From Candidatus Tayloriibacteriota bacterium (GTDB lineage: Bacteria; Patescibacteriota; Minisyncoccia; Phycocordibacterales; PALSA-1337), in the NCBI GenBank assembly GCA_903893855.1, contig CAITNV010000054.1, positions 32,562 through 96,561 on the forward strand: 64,000 bases of DNA, written 5' to 3'. The notes beneath the pieces are model-generated. The model ran no database searches and was not told the DNA's origin. It was given only the letters and a program-made list of their open reading frames with translations. A program made the translations under genes and the position numbers. Below, piece after piece: positions 36,312 through 46,921 of this stretch. Every line of letters begins with the position of its first letter. Position 1 is the stretch's first letter.

Positions 36312-37841
36312 TTATCGAGCAAATTCAACTGCACGTAGCTCACGAACGATGGTAACCTTAATTTCCCCAGGATATTTAAGGTCCTTTTCGATTTTTAGGG
36401 CTATATCGCGGGCCATGTTTCGAGCTTCCAAATCAGTAACATCTTCGGGTTTTACAAATATTCTGATTTCACGGCCAGCTTGAAGGGCGTATGACTTCTC
36501 CACACCCTTAAATCCATTTGCAATTGCTTCTAGATCACCAAGCCGCTTGAGATAATTCTCAATACTATCACTACGAGCCCCCGGACGTGCTCCAGATATT
36601 GCGTCTGCGGTTTGCACAATGCGCGATTCAATCGTTTCATAAGGATATTCCTCATGATGTGCTTGCATTGCTTTGATGATATCTTCGTTCGCGCCAAATT
36701 TCTGAAGTATTCTGCGGCCAATCTCTACATGTGTGCCAGCTACTTCGTGATCGAGAGCTTTACCAAGATCGTGCAGAAGGGCACCAGCTTTCGCTACAGC
36801 AACGTTTGCTCCAATCTCTTCCGCTATCATACCCGCAATGTGCGACATCTCTATTGAATGCTGCAATACATTCTGGCCATAGCTCGTTCGGAAATGTAAA
36901 CGACCGAGTATTAATAGTATTCGTGGATCAAGGCCAACAACACCACACTCATATGCTGCTTGCTCACCCTTCTCTTTAATACTCTTATTGATGTCGGCTT
37001 GAGCCTGTTCAACCGCCTTCTCGATCTTAGCTGGTTGGATACGGCCATCTTTAATTAACTCTTCAAGTGCAGCCTTGGCTACGTGACGTCGTACAGGATC
37101 GAATGATGATATGGTAATAGCCCCAGGCGTATCATCGACAATCACTTCAACTCCAGTCATACGTTCGAATGCCTTAATGTTGCGACCTTCTTTCCCGATG
37201 ATTTTACCTTTTATCTCGTCGTTCGGAATGCTGACATTGGTTGACATTACATCTGCAGCTACGGAACTCGCAAGGCGCTGGATCGACATTGCTAAGATAT
37301 CCTTGGCTTTATTCTCGAGGGTTTCTTGTCCTGATGTTTCGAGCTTTTGAATCCGAACTAAAAGGTCCGCTTCGGCGTTCTTTTCAATTGTTTTAAGCAA
37401 TTCGGTTCTCGCTTCTTCTTCAGTCAATCGTGCAGTCTTTTGAAGTGTTTCTTTTTTCTCTTGCTCTATCTTTTCTGTTCGATCTCGAATAATACGGATC
37501 TCAGATATTCTCTCTTTTATGATTTCAACTTCCTTATCAATATCGGTTTGACGCTTGTCGAGAAGGTCTTCTTTCTTAATAAGGCGGCTTTCTGTTTGTT
37601 CGGCTTTCTCTTCTTTTTCACGGATATCTTGTTTGCTCTGTTCAATAAGTGTATCTGCTTTCGTCTGTGCTTCAGTCGTAATCTTCTTTGCTTCTTCCTT
37701 TGCTGTTAGCAACATCTCTTTGATATCTAATTCCATCGAACCTTTTTTGCCAAGGGAGATGATGAGTCGAAGATAATATCCAATTGCAATACCTAAAATT
37801 CCTGCAATACCTAATAAAATAACAATTACTTTTAATGACAT
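36312..37841 (-). CDS. rny: Ribonuclease Y
   Basis: TM, coiled coil, KH domain (GKIIGKEGRNI), HD domain (LLHDLGK), SGARPGAR. Confidence 0.97.
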   Translation of the reverse strand: MSLKVIVILLGIAGILGIAIGYYLRLIISLGKKGSMELDIKEMLLTAKEEAKKITTEAQTKADTLIEQSKQDIREKEEKAEQTESRLIKKEDLLDKRQTDIDKEVEIIKERISEIRIIRDRTEKIEQEKKETLQKTARLTEEEARTELLKTIEKNAEADLLVRIQKLETSGQETLENKAKDILAMSIQRLASSVAADVMSTNVSIPNDEIKGKIIGKEGRNIKAFERMTGVEVIVDDTPGAITISSFDPVRRHVAKAALEELIKDGRIQPAKIEKAVEQAQADINKSIKEKGEQAAYECGVVGLDPRILLILGRLHFRTSYGQNVLQHSIEMSHIAGMIAEEIGANVAVAKAGALLHDLGKALDHEVAGTHVEIGRRILQKFGANEDIIKAMQAHHEEYPYETIESRIVQTADAISGARPGARSDSIENYLKRLGDLEAIANGFKGVEKSYALQAGREIRIFVKPEDVTDLEARNMARDIALKIEKDLKYPGEIKVTIVRELRAVEFAR

Positions 37842-38034
37842 GTGCCGGTGCGGCGTCGTTTTTTAGTTTGTAGCGATACTAATATGTATGTAATGAAAGG
37901 GGAGTAGAAAGAAAGATTCAGGAAAATACTGTAATTCATTATATTCATTAAAGGAGCTTTTCTGAAAAACTAAGCCGGAAAATTAAATCCAGTAATAAAC
38001 ATATAGTATAACAACTTGCTACGGAAGTCTAGAG

Positions 38035-38604
38035 TTAGAGAACTTTGTCGATGATGCCGTATTTTTTGCCTTCTTCTGCTGACATGAAGAAATCTCGATC
38101 AACGTCCTTCTCAATTTTAGAGAGTGGCTGTGAAGTATTTTTTGCTAACATTTTGTTCAGATTCTCTCGGAGCTTGAGAATGTGTTTTGCGCTGATCTCG
38201 ATATCTGAAGCTTGTCCCTCAGCTCCTCCTAATGGTTGATGAATCATAATCTCAGAATTCTCGAGGGCGTATCGTTTGCCTTTTTCTCCAGCTGACAAAA
38301 CAAGAGCTGCACCTGAAGCAGCGATTCCTACGCAGACGGTAGAGACATTATTTTTGATGTGGTTCATCGTGTCGATAATTGCCAAAGTTGCGGTAACTGA
38401 TCCTCCCGGAGAATTGATATAAAGATTGATGTCTTTTTTTGAATCTTCTGATTGGAGGAAAAGGAGTTGCGCAATAATAATGTTAGCGACATTGTCGTCA
38501 ATTACTCCACTCAAAAAGACAATGTTGTCTTTTAATAGACGTGAATAGATATCGTACGCACGTTCGCCAAAATTTGTTTTTTCTATAACGGTTGGTATAA
38601 GCAT
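38035..38604 (-). CDS. clpP: ATP-dependent Clp protease proteolytic subunit
   Basis: [24 protein letters not shown]. Confidence 0.98.
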   Translation of the reverse strand: MLIPTVIEKTNFGERAYDIYSRLLKDNIVFLSGVIDDNVANIIIAQLLFLQSEDSKKDINLYINSPGGSVTATLAIIDTMNHIKNNVSTVCVGIAASGAALVLSAGEKGKRYALENSEIMIHQPLGGAEGQASDIEISAKHILKLRENLNKMLAKNTSQPLSKIEKDVDRDFFMSAEEGKKYGIIDKVL

Positions 38605-38684
38605 GTCGGCATTATTGCATACTATTTTAAATTAATAAAGTAGCGTGAAACATCTTTAGTGATATACTATTTTTATACAACTTT

Positions 38685-39437
38685 ATGCGACTGCACAGAT
38701 TTTTTATCGGAGACTTTTCTGAAACTAAGAAACACAACGGAACGAACGATGTAAGGGGAATCGTTGAGGGCAGTACTATCACCTATGCACAGGGCACACA
38801 CCAGTGGCAGAGGGTTTTTCGGTTTGGCGCAGGTGATCGTGTTTTACTTTTTGATGGTTCAGGAAATGACTATCTCTGTGAAATCAAGGAATATCAAGGC
38901 GAAACGACGATTCTAACTGTGGTGAGTGCGGAACCAAATAATGTGAAACCAAGTCGCGATGTTATTCTTGTTTCGGCGTTAGTAAAGAAAGATACATTTG
39001 AATGGATTGCTGAGAAAGCGACGGAGTTAGGTGTTTCACGGTTAGTTCCACTTCTCGCTGAACGAAGTGAAAAGAAAAACATCAATGAAGATCGTCTCGA
39101 GAAAATAATTATCGAAGCGTCTGAACAATCAGGTAGAGGCACTTTAATGGGACTTGATTTGGTCAAAGACTTGTCGCTTATCCTAAAGGACAAACGTCTT
39201 ATATCACATGCAATTGTCTTTGAACCAACAGGAAGAAAATTTGAAGCAAATGATTTTGACCCTAATGCTTTTGATCAAGAAAAACCGCTAACAGTTTTCA
39301 TTGGCCCTGAAGGTGGATGGTCAGAAAAAGAACTTGAATTGTTTGTCGAAGCAGGTATTCCGGTGGTCTCTCTTGGGCCACAAATATTACGTGCAGAAAC
39401 TGCAGTCATAGCTGCCCTTAGTTTGGTTGTTTTTTAG
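38685..39437 (+). CDS. rsmE: 16S rRNA m3U1498 methyltransferase
   Basis: KATELGV, EASEQSGR, IGPEGG, LGPQILRAETA. Confidence 0.95.
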   Translation: MRLHRFFIGDFSETKKHNGTNDVRGIVEGSTITYAQGTHQWQRVFRFGAGDRVLLFDGSGNDYLCEIKEYQGETTILTVVSAEPNNVKPSRDVILVSALVKKDTFEWIAEKATELGVSRLVPLLAERSEKKNINEDRLEKIIIEASEQSGRGTLMGLDLVKDLSLILKDKRLISHAIVFEPTGRKFEANDFDPNAFDQEKPLTVFIGPEGGWSEKELELFVEAGIPVVSLGPQILRAETAVIAALSLVVF

Positions 39438-39602
39438 TTGGTATCCACAACGTCTGTATAATAGTGAAGAACTTTCCCTCGTATCACTTGACGCTTGATT
39501 ATTAACCCCATTTGCTATAAGCTTACGGCAATCAGAGAGTTACTCTCTTTTTTAATTTATACGTTTTATTAACACCATTATTTATTAACTTACGCAACAT
39601 AT

Positions 39603-41768
39603 ATGCAACGCGATTATCCACTTGAGAGAGTTCGAAACTTCGGTATCATTGCCCACATCGATGCGGGTAAGACTACGACATCAGAGCGCATTCTTTACTA
39701 CACAGGAATGATCCATAAGATCGGAGAGGTTCACGATGGTGCAACTACAACCGACTGGATGGAACAAGAACGAGAGCGAGGTATCACTATTACTGCCGCT
39801 GCGATTACTTGTTTCTGGAATCCAACATATGCAACTGGTCTTAAGGGTCCAGATGGTAAGCCTGATGTTTCTCACAAAGTTCGTTTCAATGTTATCGACA
39901 CACCAGGACACATTGACTTCACAGTTGAAGTGAAGCGATCACTCCGAGTGCTCGACGGTGCTGTTGTGGTATTCGACGGTGTTGCGGGAGTGGAGCCACA
40001 GTCTGAGACCAACTGGCGTTACGCAGATGAGAGCAATGTGCCACGACTCTGTTTCATCAATAAGATGGACCGAACTGGTGCAAGCTTCGAGAAATCATTC
40101 GCATCTATCCTTGAGCGTTTGAATAAGCACGCTATTCGATTCCAACTTCCTATTGGTCTTGAAGGCGAACATAATGGTGTCGTAGACCTCCTTCGAATGA
40201 AGGCATATTACTTCGATGGCGAAAAAGGTATTAATGTTCGTGAAGAAGAGATTCCAGCTAATCTCGTAGACGATGCAAAGAAATACCGCGCTGAGTTAAT
40301 TGAGAAAGTTGTTGAACATGATGACGTCCTTATGCAGATGTATCTTGATGGAAAAGAGATTGCACTTGCTGAATTAAAGAAGGCTATTCGTAAGGCGGTT
40401 ATTGCCAATAAAATCTTCCCAGTATTTACAGGTTCTGCTTTGAAGAACGTTGGAGTTCAGCTCGTACTTGATGCGGTTGTTGATTACCTCCCATCTCCAC
40501 TCGATATCCCTGCTGTTAAAGGTATTAACCCAAACACAGGTGAAGAAGTTCTCCGACATGCATCTGATAGCGAACCGTTTTCTGCTCTCGCTTTCAAACT
40601 CCAGAACGACCCATTCGTAGGACAGCTCACATTCTTCCGAGTGTATTCTGGATCTATTGAAGCTGGTACTTATCTATATAACTCTTCAACTGGTAAGAAA
40701 GAACGACTTGGCCGAATCGTACGATTGCAAGCTAACGATCGAGAAGAAGTTAAGAAAGTATATGCTGGAGAAATTGCAGCAGCGGTGGGTATTAAGGATG
40801 CACTTACATCTAATACATTCTGTGATGAAGAGAATCCAATCGTCCTTGAAACTATTAAATTCGTTGACCCTGTGGTGTCTCTACGTATTGAGCCTAAGAC
40901 AAAAGCCGATCAAGAGAAAATGGGTATGGCTCTACGAAAGCTTGGTAATGAAGATCCAACATTCAAAATCTCATCAAACAGTGAGACAGGTGAGACTATC
41001 ATCTCAGGTATGGGTGAACTACACCTTGAAATTATGGTTGATCGAATGAAGCGAGAGTTCGGTGTGGAAGCAAACGTTGGTAAGCCTCAGGTAGCGTACC
41101 GAGAAACTATTCTTGGTGAAGCAGAAGCTGAACATAAATACATCAAGCAGACTGGAGGTAAGGGTCAGTACGGTCACGTAGTCCTAACACTACGCCCAAT
41201 GCAGCCGCTTGTTGAGGGTGCGAAGATCCCAAAGAATGTTAGCCGATATGATGACTTTGAGTTCATTAACTCTATTAAAGGAGGTGTTATTCCAAACGAA
41301 TTCATTCCTGCGGTAGAGAAGGGTGTTCATGAGGCTATGGATCGAGGTATTGTGGCTGGTTATAAGATGGTAAATGTATCTTGTGAGCTAACATTCGGTA
41401 GCTATCACGATGTGGACTCATCTGAAATCGCTTACAAAATCGCTGCATCTCAGGCATATCAGGATGCTGCAAAGCGTGCAAAACCCGTTATCCTTGAGCC
41501 TATTATGAAGCTCGAAGTACTTTTCCCAGATAAGTTCATGGGAGACGTTACAGGCTCTATTTCTTCAAAACGAGGTACAATTGAGGAAATGACTGAGCGA
41601 GGTCAGGCTAAAGTGCTCCATGCTAAGGTTCCTCTTTCAGAAATGTTCGGATACACCACACAGCTTCGTTCTATGACATCAGGTCAGGGAAGCGCAACAA
41701 TGGAATTCGATCATTATGAAGTGGTTCCAAAGAACGTAGAAGCTACAATTATCGAGGCAAGAAAGTAG
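39603..41768 (+). CDS. fusA: Elongation factor G
   Basis: AHIDAGKTT, ERGITI, DTPGH, GMGELHL. Confidence 0.99.
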   Translation: MQRDYPLERVRNFGIIAHIDAGKTTTSERILYYTGMIHKIGEVHDGATTTDWMEQERERGITITAAAITCFWNPTYATGLKGPDGKPDVSHKVRFNVIDTPGHIDFTVEVKRSLRVLDGAVVVFDGVAGVEPQSETNWRYADESNVPRLCFINKMDRTGASFEKSFASILERLNKHAIRFQLPIGLEGEHNGVVDLLRMKAYYFDGEKGINVREEEIPANLVDDAKKYRAELIEKVVEHDDVLMQMYLDGKEIALAELKKAIRKAVIANKIFPVFTGSALKNVGVQLVLDAVVDYLPSPLDIPAVKGINPNTGEEVLRHASDSEPFSALAFKLQNDPFVGQLTFFRVYSGSIEAGTYLYNSSTGKKERLGRIVRLQANDREEVKKVYAGEIAAAVGIKDALTSNTFCDEENPIVLETIKFVDPVVSLRIEPKTKADQEKMGMALRKLGNEDPTFKISSNSETGETIISGMGELHLEIMVDRMKREFGVEANVGKPQVAYRETILGEAEAEHKYIKQTGGKGQYGHVVLTLRPMQPLVEGAKIPKNVSRYDDFEFINSIKGGVIPNEFIPAVEKGVHEAMDRGIVAGYKMVNVSCELTFGSYHDVDSSEIAYKIAASQAYQDAAKRAKPVILEPIMKLEVLFPDKFMGDVTGSISSKRGTIEEMTERGQAKVLHAKVPLSEMFGYTTQLRSMTSGQGSATMEFDHYEVVPKNVEATIIEARK

Positions 41769-41775
41769 TTCTAAA

Positions 41776-41894
41776 GAAAATTACCCGTTTGTATTTGAGA
41801 GAAACTCTCGGAAGTTGCGAAGGCAACTGAGAGGGAGACGTCCGGTCACCAGACCGGAACGTCGGTTTCTCGAAAATACAAACGGGTAATTTTC
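41776..41894. repeat. 119-nt branched palindromic element (REP/MITE-like or structured RNA)
   Basis: Perfect 21-bp terminal inverted repeat, an inner stem and two hairpins. Confidence 0.75.
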
Positions 41895-41933
41895 GTTGTA
41901 ACCCTTTCATTGCTTGTACATGTCGTTTAATAG

Positions 41934-41962
41934 TTGACTTCTATAAGCCCATTTGTTAGGAT
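41934..41962 (+). promoter_or_regulatory. tuf promoter
   Basis: TTGACT-N17-TAGGAT with extended TG. Confidence 0.7.
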
Positions 41963-42084
41963 ACAAAGTACGCATTTTTCTTGCGTTGGTTTGTATATAT
42001 TATCAATTTTATTAACAATTTAACTTTCTTTTGTGAATACGAGGCTCTCGCTTCGAACGTTACAAAATAAAGCAATAAAATCAT

Positions 42085-43275
42085 ATGGCAGCATCAGAAT
42101 TCAATCGTTCAAAGCCCCATGTAAACGTTGGTACTATTGGCCACGTTGACCACGGCAAGACTACTTTGACTACATCTATCCTAGCAGTACAAGCTAAGGA
42201 TGGTTTGGCTACACTTAAGGCTTATTCAGATATTGCAAAGGGAGGTACAGTTCGAGACGATTCAAAGATCGTTACGATTTCTCTTGCACACGTAGAATAC
42301 GAGACTCCAAATCGTCACTACGCTCATATCGATGCCCCAGGACATGCCGACTACATTAAGAACATGATTACCGGTGCTGCCCAGATGGACGGTGCTATTC
42401 TTGTGGTATCTGCCCTCGACGGTGTTATGCCACAGACACGAGAGCATATTCTTCTTGCGTATCAGGTTGGTGTGCCAAAGATCGTCGTTTTTCTAAACAA
42501 GTGCGATATGGTTCCTGAAGCTGACCTTCTTGACCTCGTTGAGGAAGAAGTTCGAGATCTTCTCACAAAGAACCATTATGACGGTAAGACTGCTCCAGTT
42601 GTTCGAGGTTCAGCCCTAAAGGCCCTTGAAGGAGATCCAGTTTACGTCGCTAAGATAAAAGAGCTTATGAATGCTCTTGATACATACATCCCAACGCCTG
42701 TTCGTGAAGTTGATAAGCCTTTCCTTATGCCTATTGAAGACATCTTCTCTATTGAAGGTCGAGGAACTGTAGTTACTGGTCGTATTGAGCGAGGTATGGT
42801 TAAGGTTGGTGAAGAAGTTGAGATTGTTGGATTTAAGGATACAACAAAGACTACTATCACTGGTATTGAAATGTTCAACAAGTCTCTTAAAGAGGGAATT
42901 GCTGGAGACAATGCCGGACTTCTCCTACGAGGTACTGGAAAGGATGACGTTTCTCGTGGTCAGGTTCTTGCAAAGACTGGCTCAGTTAAGCCACACACAG
43001 AATTTGAGGCTGAGGTTTACATCTTGAAGAAGGAAGAGGGTGGACGACATACTCCATTCTTCACAGGATACAAGCCACAGTTCTATATTCGAACTACAGA
43101 TGTTACTGGTGAAGTAACACTTGCAGAAAAGGTTGAAATGGTTATGCCAGGTGATACAGTAACATTCAAGGTAAAACTTGTTGCTCCTGTAGCTCTTGAT
43201 GCACAGCAGCGATTTGCCATCCGAGAGGGTGGAAAGACAGTCGGTGCCGGTGTCGTAACTAAAATAGTTGCATAA
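42085..43275 (+). CDS. tuf: Elongation factor Tu (atypical switch I)
   Basis: [29 protein letters not shown]. Confidence 0.99.
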   Translation: MAASEFNRSKPHVNVGTIGHVDHGKTTLTTSILAVQAKDGLATLKAYSDIAKGGTVRDDSKIVTISLAHVEYETPNRHYAHIDAPGHADYIKNMITGAAQMDGAILVVSALDGVMPQTREHILLAYQVGVPKIVVFLNKCDMVPEADLLDLVEEEVRDLLTKNHYDGKTAPVVRGSALKALEGDPVYVAKIKELMNALDTYIPTPVREVDKPFLMPIEDIFSIEGRGTVVTGRIERGMVKVGEEVEIVGFKDTTKTTITGIEMFNKSLKEGIAGDNAGLLLRGTGKDDVSRGQVLAKTGSVKPHTEFEAEVYILKKEEGGRHTPFFTGYKPQFYIRTTDVTGEVTLAEKVEMVMPGDTVTFKVKLVAPVALDAQQRFAIREGGKTVGAGVVTKIVA

Positions 43276-43302
43276 ATTAGATAAAACACATACATTAGTA
43301 CC

Positions 43303-43701
43303 ATGACATCTGCCGTAAAAGACACAAAGAGCGAAATTACAAAGAAAGCCGGAGTAAAAACTCCGAAGGTGAAGGTTTCTGTTAAAGAAGGCGAAGTATC
43401 AATACTACGTATTCGTGTGCGAGCATACGAACACAAGATTCTTGATGCGTCTTTGAAACAGATCATGGATACAGCTATTCGATATGATGTAAAGTTCTAC
43501 GGTCCTGTTCCACTTCCTACAGAAATCAAGAAGTATACAGTTAACCGTTCAGCCTTCATCTTTAAGAATGCGCGTGAGCAATTCGAAATGCGAGTCCACA
43601 AGCGACTTATTGACATTTTGAACCCTACGCCTAAGATAATTGAGGCCCTTACTAACTTAAGTCTTCCATCTGGAGTCAATATTGATGTAAAGATGATGTA
43701 A
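43303..43701 (+). CDS. rpsJ: 30S ribosomal protein uS10 with N-terminal extension
   Basis: GPVPLPT, REQFEMRVHKRLIDI. Confidence 0.97.
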   Translation: MTSAVKDTKSEITKKAGVKTPKVKVSVKEGEVSILRIRVRAYEHKILDASLKQIMDTAIRYDVKFYGPVPLPTEIKKYTVNRSAFIFKNAREQFEMRVHKRLIDILNPTPKIIEALTNLSLPSGVNIDVKMM

Positions 43702-43768
43702 AACAATAAAGAGGTGCTCGGCTCGTATACGAAAATATATGACCAAGCCAACCACTAAATATACTGCA

Positions 43769-44386
43769 ATGAAATTCATTCTTGGACGAAAACTTAATAT
43801 GACCCAAATCTTCGATAAGGACGGGGTTGTTCATCCTGCAACAATCATCTCTGTCACACCTATCGTTGTTACACAGGTCAAAAACAAAGAGACTGATGGC
43901 TATGCCTCAGTTCAGGTTGGAGAAGGTGTCCGAAAAGCTTCACGATTAAGTAAGGCTGTTAAAGGCCATACAAAGGAGCTTGGTAATTTTGCTAAGATTC
44001 AGGAATTCACAACAGTTGAAGGCGATTCATCTATGAAGGTTGGCGACAAAATGGACATAACACAGTTTGCAGCTGGCGACACTGTTGAAGTAAGCGCTAT
44101 TTCAAAAGGAAAGGGATTTCAGGGTGTAGTTAAGCGACACGGTTTCGGTGGGGGTCCACGATCTCACGGTCAGAAGCACTCTGAGCGAGAACCGGGTTCT
44201 ATCGGAGGAGGTCTTCGAAACAAAGTTCCAAAGATGATGCGTATGGCAGGACGTATGGGTGGAGATCGTATAACCGTGAAAAATCTCAAGGTCGTTCACG
44301 TTGATGCAACTGCAAATGAACTCTATATTTCTGGAGCGGTTCCAGGAACTCGAGGAACACTTGTGGAAATCGTCACAAAAGGCTAG
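43769..44386 (+). CDS. rplC: 50S ribosomal protein uL3
   Basis: DGYASVQVG, SKGKGFQGVVKRH, GAVPG. Confidence 0.98.
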   Translation: MKFILGRKLNMTQIFDKDGVVHPATIISVTPIVVTQVKNKETDGYASVQVGEGVRKASRLSKAVKGHTKELGNFAKIQEFTTVEGDSSMKVGDKMDITQFAAGDTVEVSAISKGKGFQGVVKRHGFGGGPRSHGQKHSEREPGSIGGGLRNKVPKMMRMAGRMGGDRITVKNLKVVHVDATANELYISGAVPGTRGTLVEIVTKG

Positions 44387-44421
44387 GATATGACGACTTC
44401 ATTGAAGTAATCTAAAAAAAC

Positions 44422-45084
44422 ATGGAAACAACGATATACAATCAAAAAGGAGAGTCAGCAGGAAAAATAAAGGTTCCTGAGAGCGTCTTCGGCGTAAACT
44501 GGAATGCTGACCTCGTACATCAGGTTATGACAGCTATGCTTGGAAACGAGCGAACACCTGTTGCTCATACTAAGACTCGAGGAGAAGTATCTGGAGGAGG
44601 TAAAAAACCTTGGCAGCAAAAGGGTACAGGACGTGCTCGACACGGATCTACTCGATCTCCTATTTGGGTAGGTGGAGGTATTGCACATGGTCCTCGAAAG
44701 GATAAGAATTATTCTCGAAAGATCAATCGAAAAGCTAGCACACAAGCTCTTTATGTAGTTCTTTCTCGAAAATTCCGAGATGGAGAGATTCTTTTTGTAG
44801 ATAACCTTACTTTTGCTACACCAAAGGCTAAGGATGCAAAGGCTGTTATCTCAAGCTTTTCTAAGATTAAGGGATTCGAAAAGCTTGCTACAAAGCCAAA
44901 GAATGCAGCTTTGTTTACCATCAACAATAAATACCCAGAATTAACTAAGAGTTTTGGTAACTTCGGAAACGTAGCTATTGAAGAGCTACGAAACATCAAC
45001 CCTCTTTCTATTCTTAATCACAAGTACATTATTATTACTGATCCAAAAGAGTCATTAATGGCACTTGAGGCGAAGAAGAAATAA
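44422..45084 (+). CDS. rplD: 50S ribosomal protein uL4
   Basis: KPWQQKGTGRARHG, GGGIAHGP. Confidence 0.98.
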   Translation: METTIYNQKGESAGKIKVPESVFGVNWNADLVHQVMTAMLGNERTPVAHTKTRGEVSGGGKKPWQQKGTGRARHGSTRSPIWVGGGIAHGPRKDKNYSRKINRKASTQALYVVLSRKFRDGEILFVDNLTFATPKAKDAKAVISSFSKIKGFEKLATKPKNAALFTINNKYPELTKSFGNFGNVAIEELRNINPLSILNHKYIIITDPKESLMALEAKKK

Positions 45085-45100
45085 ATTTAATTATAAAACC

Positions 45101-45481
45101 ATGGCTATTCTCTCAAAGACAAAAAAGGCAGTAAAGAAGGAAGTTGCTCCAAAAGCAGTTGCTACTTCAGCTGTCGCAACAACAAATACTGCAAATACAG
45201 TGCCAAAGCAGGAGCTTTTCACGATGACTCCTCGAATCACGGAGAAGGCTAACTTCCACGCTGAATCATTGAATAGCTATACATTTGTAGTAAAAGGTAA
45301 TTCAAATAAGAAGTCTATTGCTCACGCTATTAAGACAACATTCAAGGTCACTCCTCTTAAGATTAGAATTGTTAACACAGCAGATAAGCGTGTTTCAAAC
45401 CGAGGCCGTATATCACTTCGATCTGGTTTTAAGAAGGCGTACATCACTCTCAAAAAGGGAGATAAGATAGAAGTCGCATAA
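45101..45481 (+). CDS. rplW: 50S ribosomal protein uL23 with N-terminal extension
   Basis: PRITEKA, YTFVV, KKAYITL; ATG at 45101. Confidence 0.95.
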   Translation: MAILSKTKKAVKKEVAPKAVATSAVATTNTANTVPKQELFTMTPRITEKANFHAESLNSYTFVVKGNSNKKSIAHAIKTTFKVTPLKIRIVNTADKRVSNRGRISLRSGFKKAYITLKKGDKIEVA

Positions 45482-45506
45482 AGCCGATTCAATATTTAAT
45501 ACATTT

Positions 45507-46358
45507 ATGAAAAAATACCACCCATCAACACCATCACGACGACATATGTCGACCATTTCTTTCAAGAAATACTTGACTGCAAGTGAACCGCATAAGGCTT
45601 TGACACATGGTTTCAAGCGAGATGTGGGCCGCAATGCTTTCGGACGTATTACGGTACGACATCAGGGTGGAGGACATAAGAAGCTCTATCGTGCTGTGGA
45701 CTTTGTCTATAACAAGAAGGATATTCCTGCGACTATTACAACTATTGAATATGATCCTTTCCGAACAGGCTTCATCGCACTCGTGAATTATGCTGATGGA
45801 GAAAAGCGTTACGTTCTTGTTCCAAAGACAACTAAGGTTGGTGATAAATTCATCGTATCTGAAACAGCCGAAGTTGTAACAGGTAATCGTCTACCACTTA
45901 AGAAGATTCCAGTTGGTACATTCGTCTACAATGTTGAAATCCGACCAGAAGGTGGAGCACGACTTGTTCGATCAGCTGGTTCATTTGGTCAGGTTATTGC
46001 AAATGATGCAGGATTTACTCACATCAAAATGCCATCTACAGAAGTACGCCGTGTAGATGAGAATGCTTGGGCAAGCATCGGTACCGTTTCAAACGATGAG
46101 AATCGGCTTGTTAATATTGGTAAGGCCGGCCGTTCTCGATGGCTCGGTATTCGTCCTACAGTTCGAGGTACTGCACAGAACCCTGTGGATCACCCACACG
46201 GAGGAGGTGAAGGTCGTCAGGGACGAGGCCTACGACGTGCTAAGACCCGTTGGGGTAAGCCGTCGGGTAAGGGTCAGAAGACTCGTACACCGAAGAAATA
46301 CTCAAACGTCTTCATTGTTTCACGAAGACGAGTGGGTAAGGCCAAGAAGGGCGAGTAG
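45507..46358 (+). CDS. rplB: 50S ribosomal protein uL2
   Basis: GGGHK, EYDP.R, RPTVRG, DHPHGGGEG. Confidence 0.99.
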   Translation: MKKYHPSTPSRRHMSTISFKKYLTASEPHKALTHGFKRDVGRNAFGRITVRHQGGGHKKLYRAVDFVYNKKDIPATITTIEYDPFRTGFIALVNYADGEKRYVLVPKTTKVGDKFIVSETAEVVTGNRLPLKKIPVGTFVYNVEIRPEGGARLVRSAGSFGQVIANDAGFTHIKMPSTEVRRVDENAWASIGTVSNDENRLVNIGKAGRSRWLGIRPTVRGTAQNPVDHPHGGGEGRQGRGLRRAKTRWGKPSGKGQKTRTPKKYSNVFIVSRRRVGKAKKGE

Positions 46359-46484
46359 TAAGAGTTTTTTGAGATAGTAGTTTAATAGAGTATGGATCTT
46401 TTAATCAAATCGACGAAGAAAATAATTGAGAGTCTTTTATTAAAAATAATAGATCACTTTCACGGTTAATTTCAAACGATTTAT

Positions 46485-46513
46485 TTGACTAAAGACGAAG
46501 GTTTTGTTAGCAT
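46485..46513 (+). promoter_or_regulatory. Internal promoter before rpsS
   Basis: TTGACT-N17-TAGCAT with extended TG, in a 192-nt gap. Confidence 0.65.
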
Positions 46514-46550
46514 GGGAAACCAAGCTCAGTAGAGCTTATTTATTTATAAA

Positions 46551-46907
46551 ATGTCACGATCACTTAAAAAAGGCCCGTTCGTAGAAGAACGACTCCTAAA
46601 AAAGATTGCAGGAAAGAAACCGCTTGAAACGGGGCTTATTAAGACTTGGTACCGCCGTTCTCAGATTGCTCCAGAAATGATTGGTTTTACTTTCGGTGTT
46701 TACAATGGACGACAGCATGTCGAAGTACTTGTTACTGAAGACATGGTCGGACATCGACTTGGCGAATTCTCACCTACACGCAAGTTCGTACGACACGGAG
46801 GTAAGATGCAGAAGGAGCTTGAAATGAAACAAAAGGAGTCTGAAATTGCAGCTGCAAAGTCAGCAAAGGAGGCAACAACTCCAGGGGCTAAGCCAGCAGC
46901 AAAATAA
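46551..46907 (+). CDS. rpsS: 30S ribosomal protein uS19
   Basis: [24 protein letters not shown]. Confidence 0.98.
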   Translation: MSRSLKKGPFVEERLLKKIAGKKPLETGLIKTWYRRSQIAPEMIGFTFGVYNGRQHVEVLVTEDMVGHRLGEFSPTRKFVRHGGKMQKELEMKQKESEIAAAKSAKEATTPGAKPAAK

Positions 46908-46921
46908 ACTGATTTACATAT

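Noticed and set aside
38645-46330. Isolated parS half-sites (about 38647, 39033 and 46316)
   Set aside because: Only one arm matches, which is compatible with chance.
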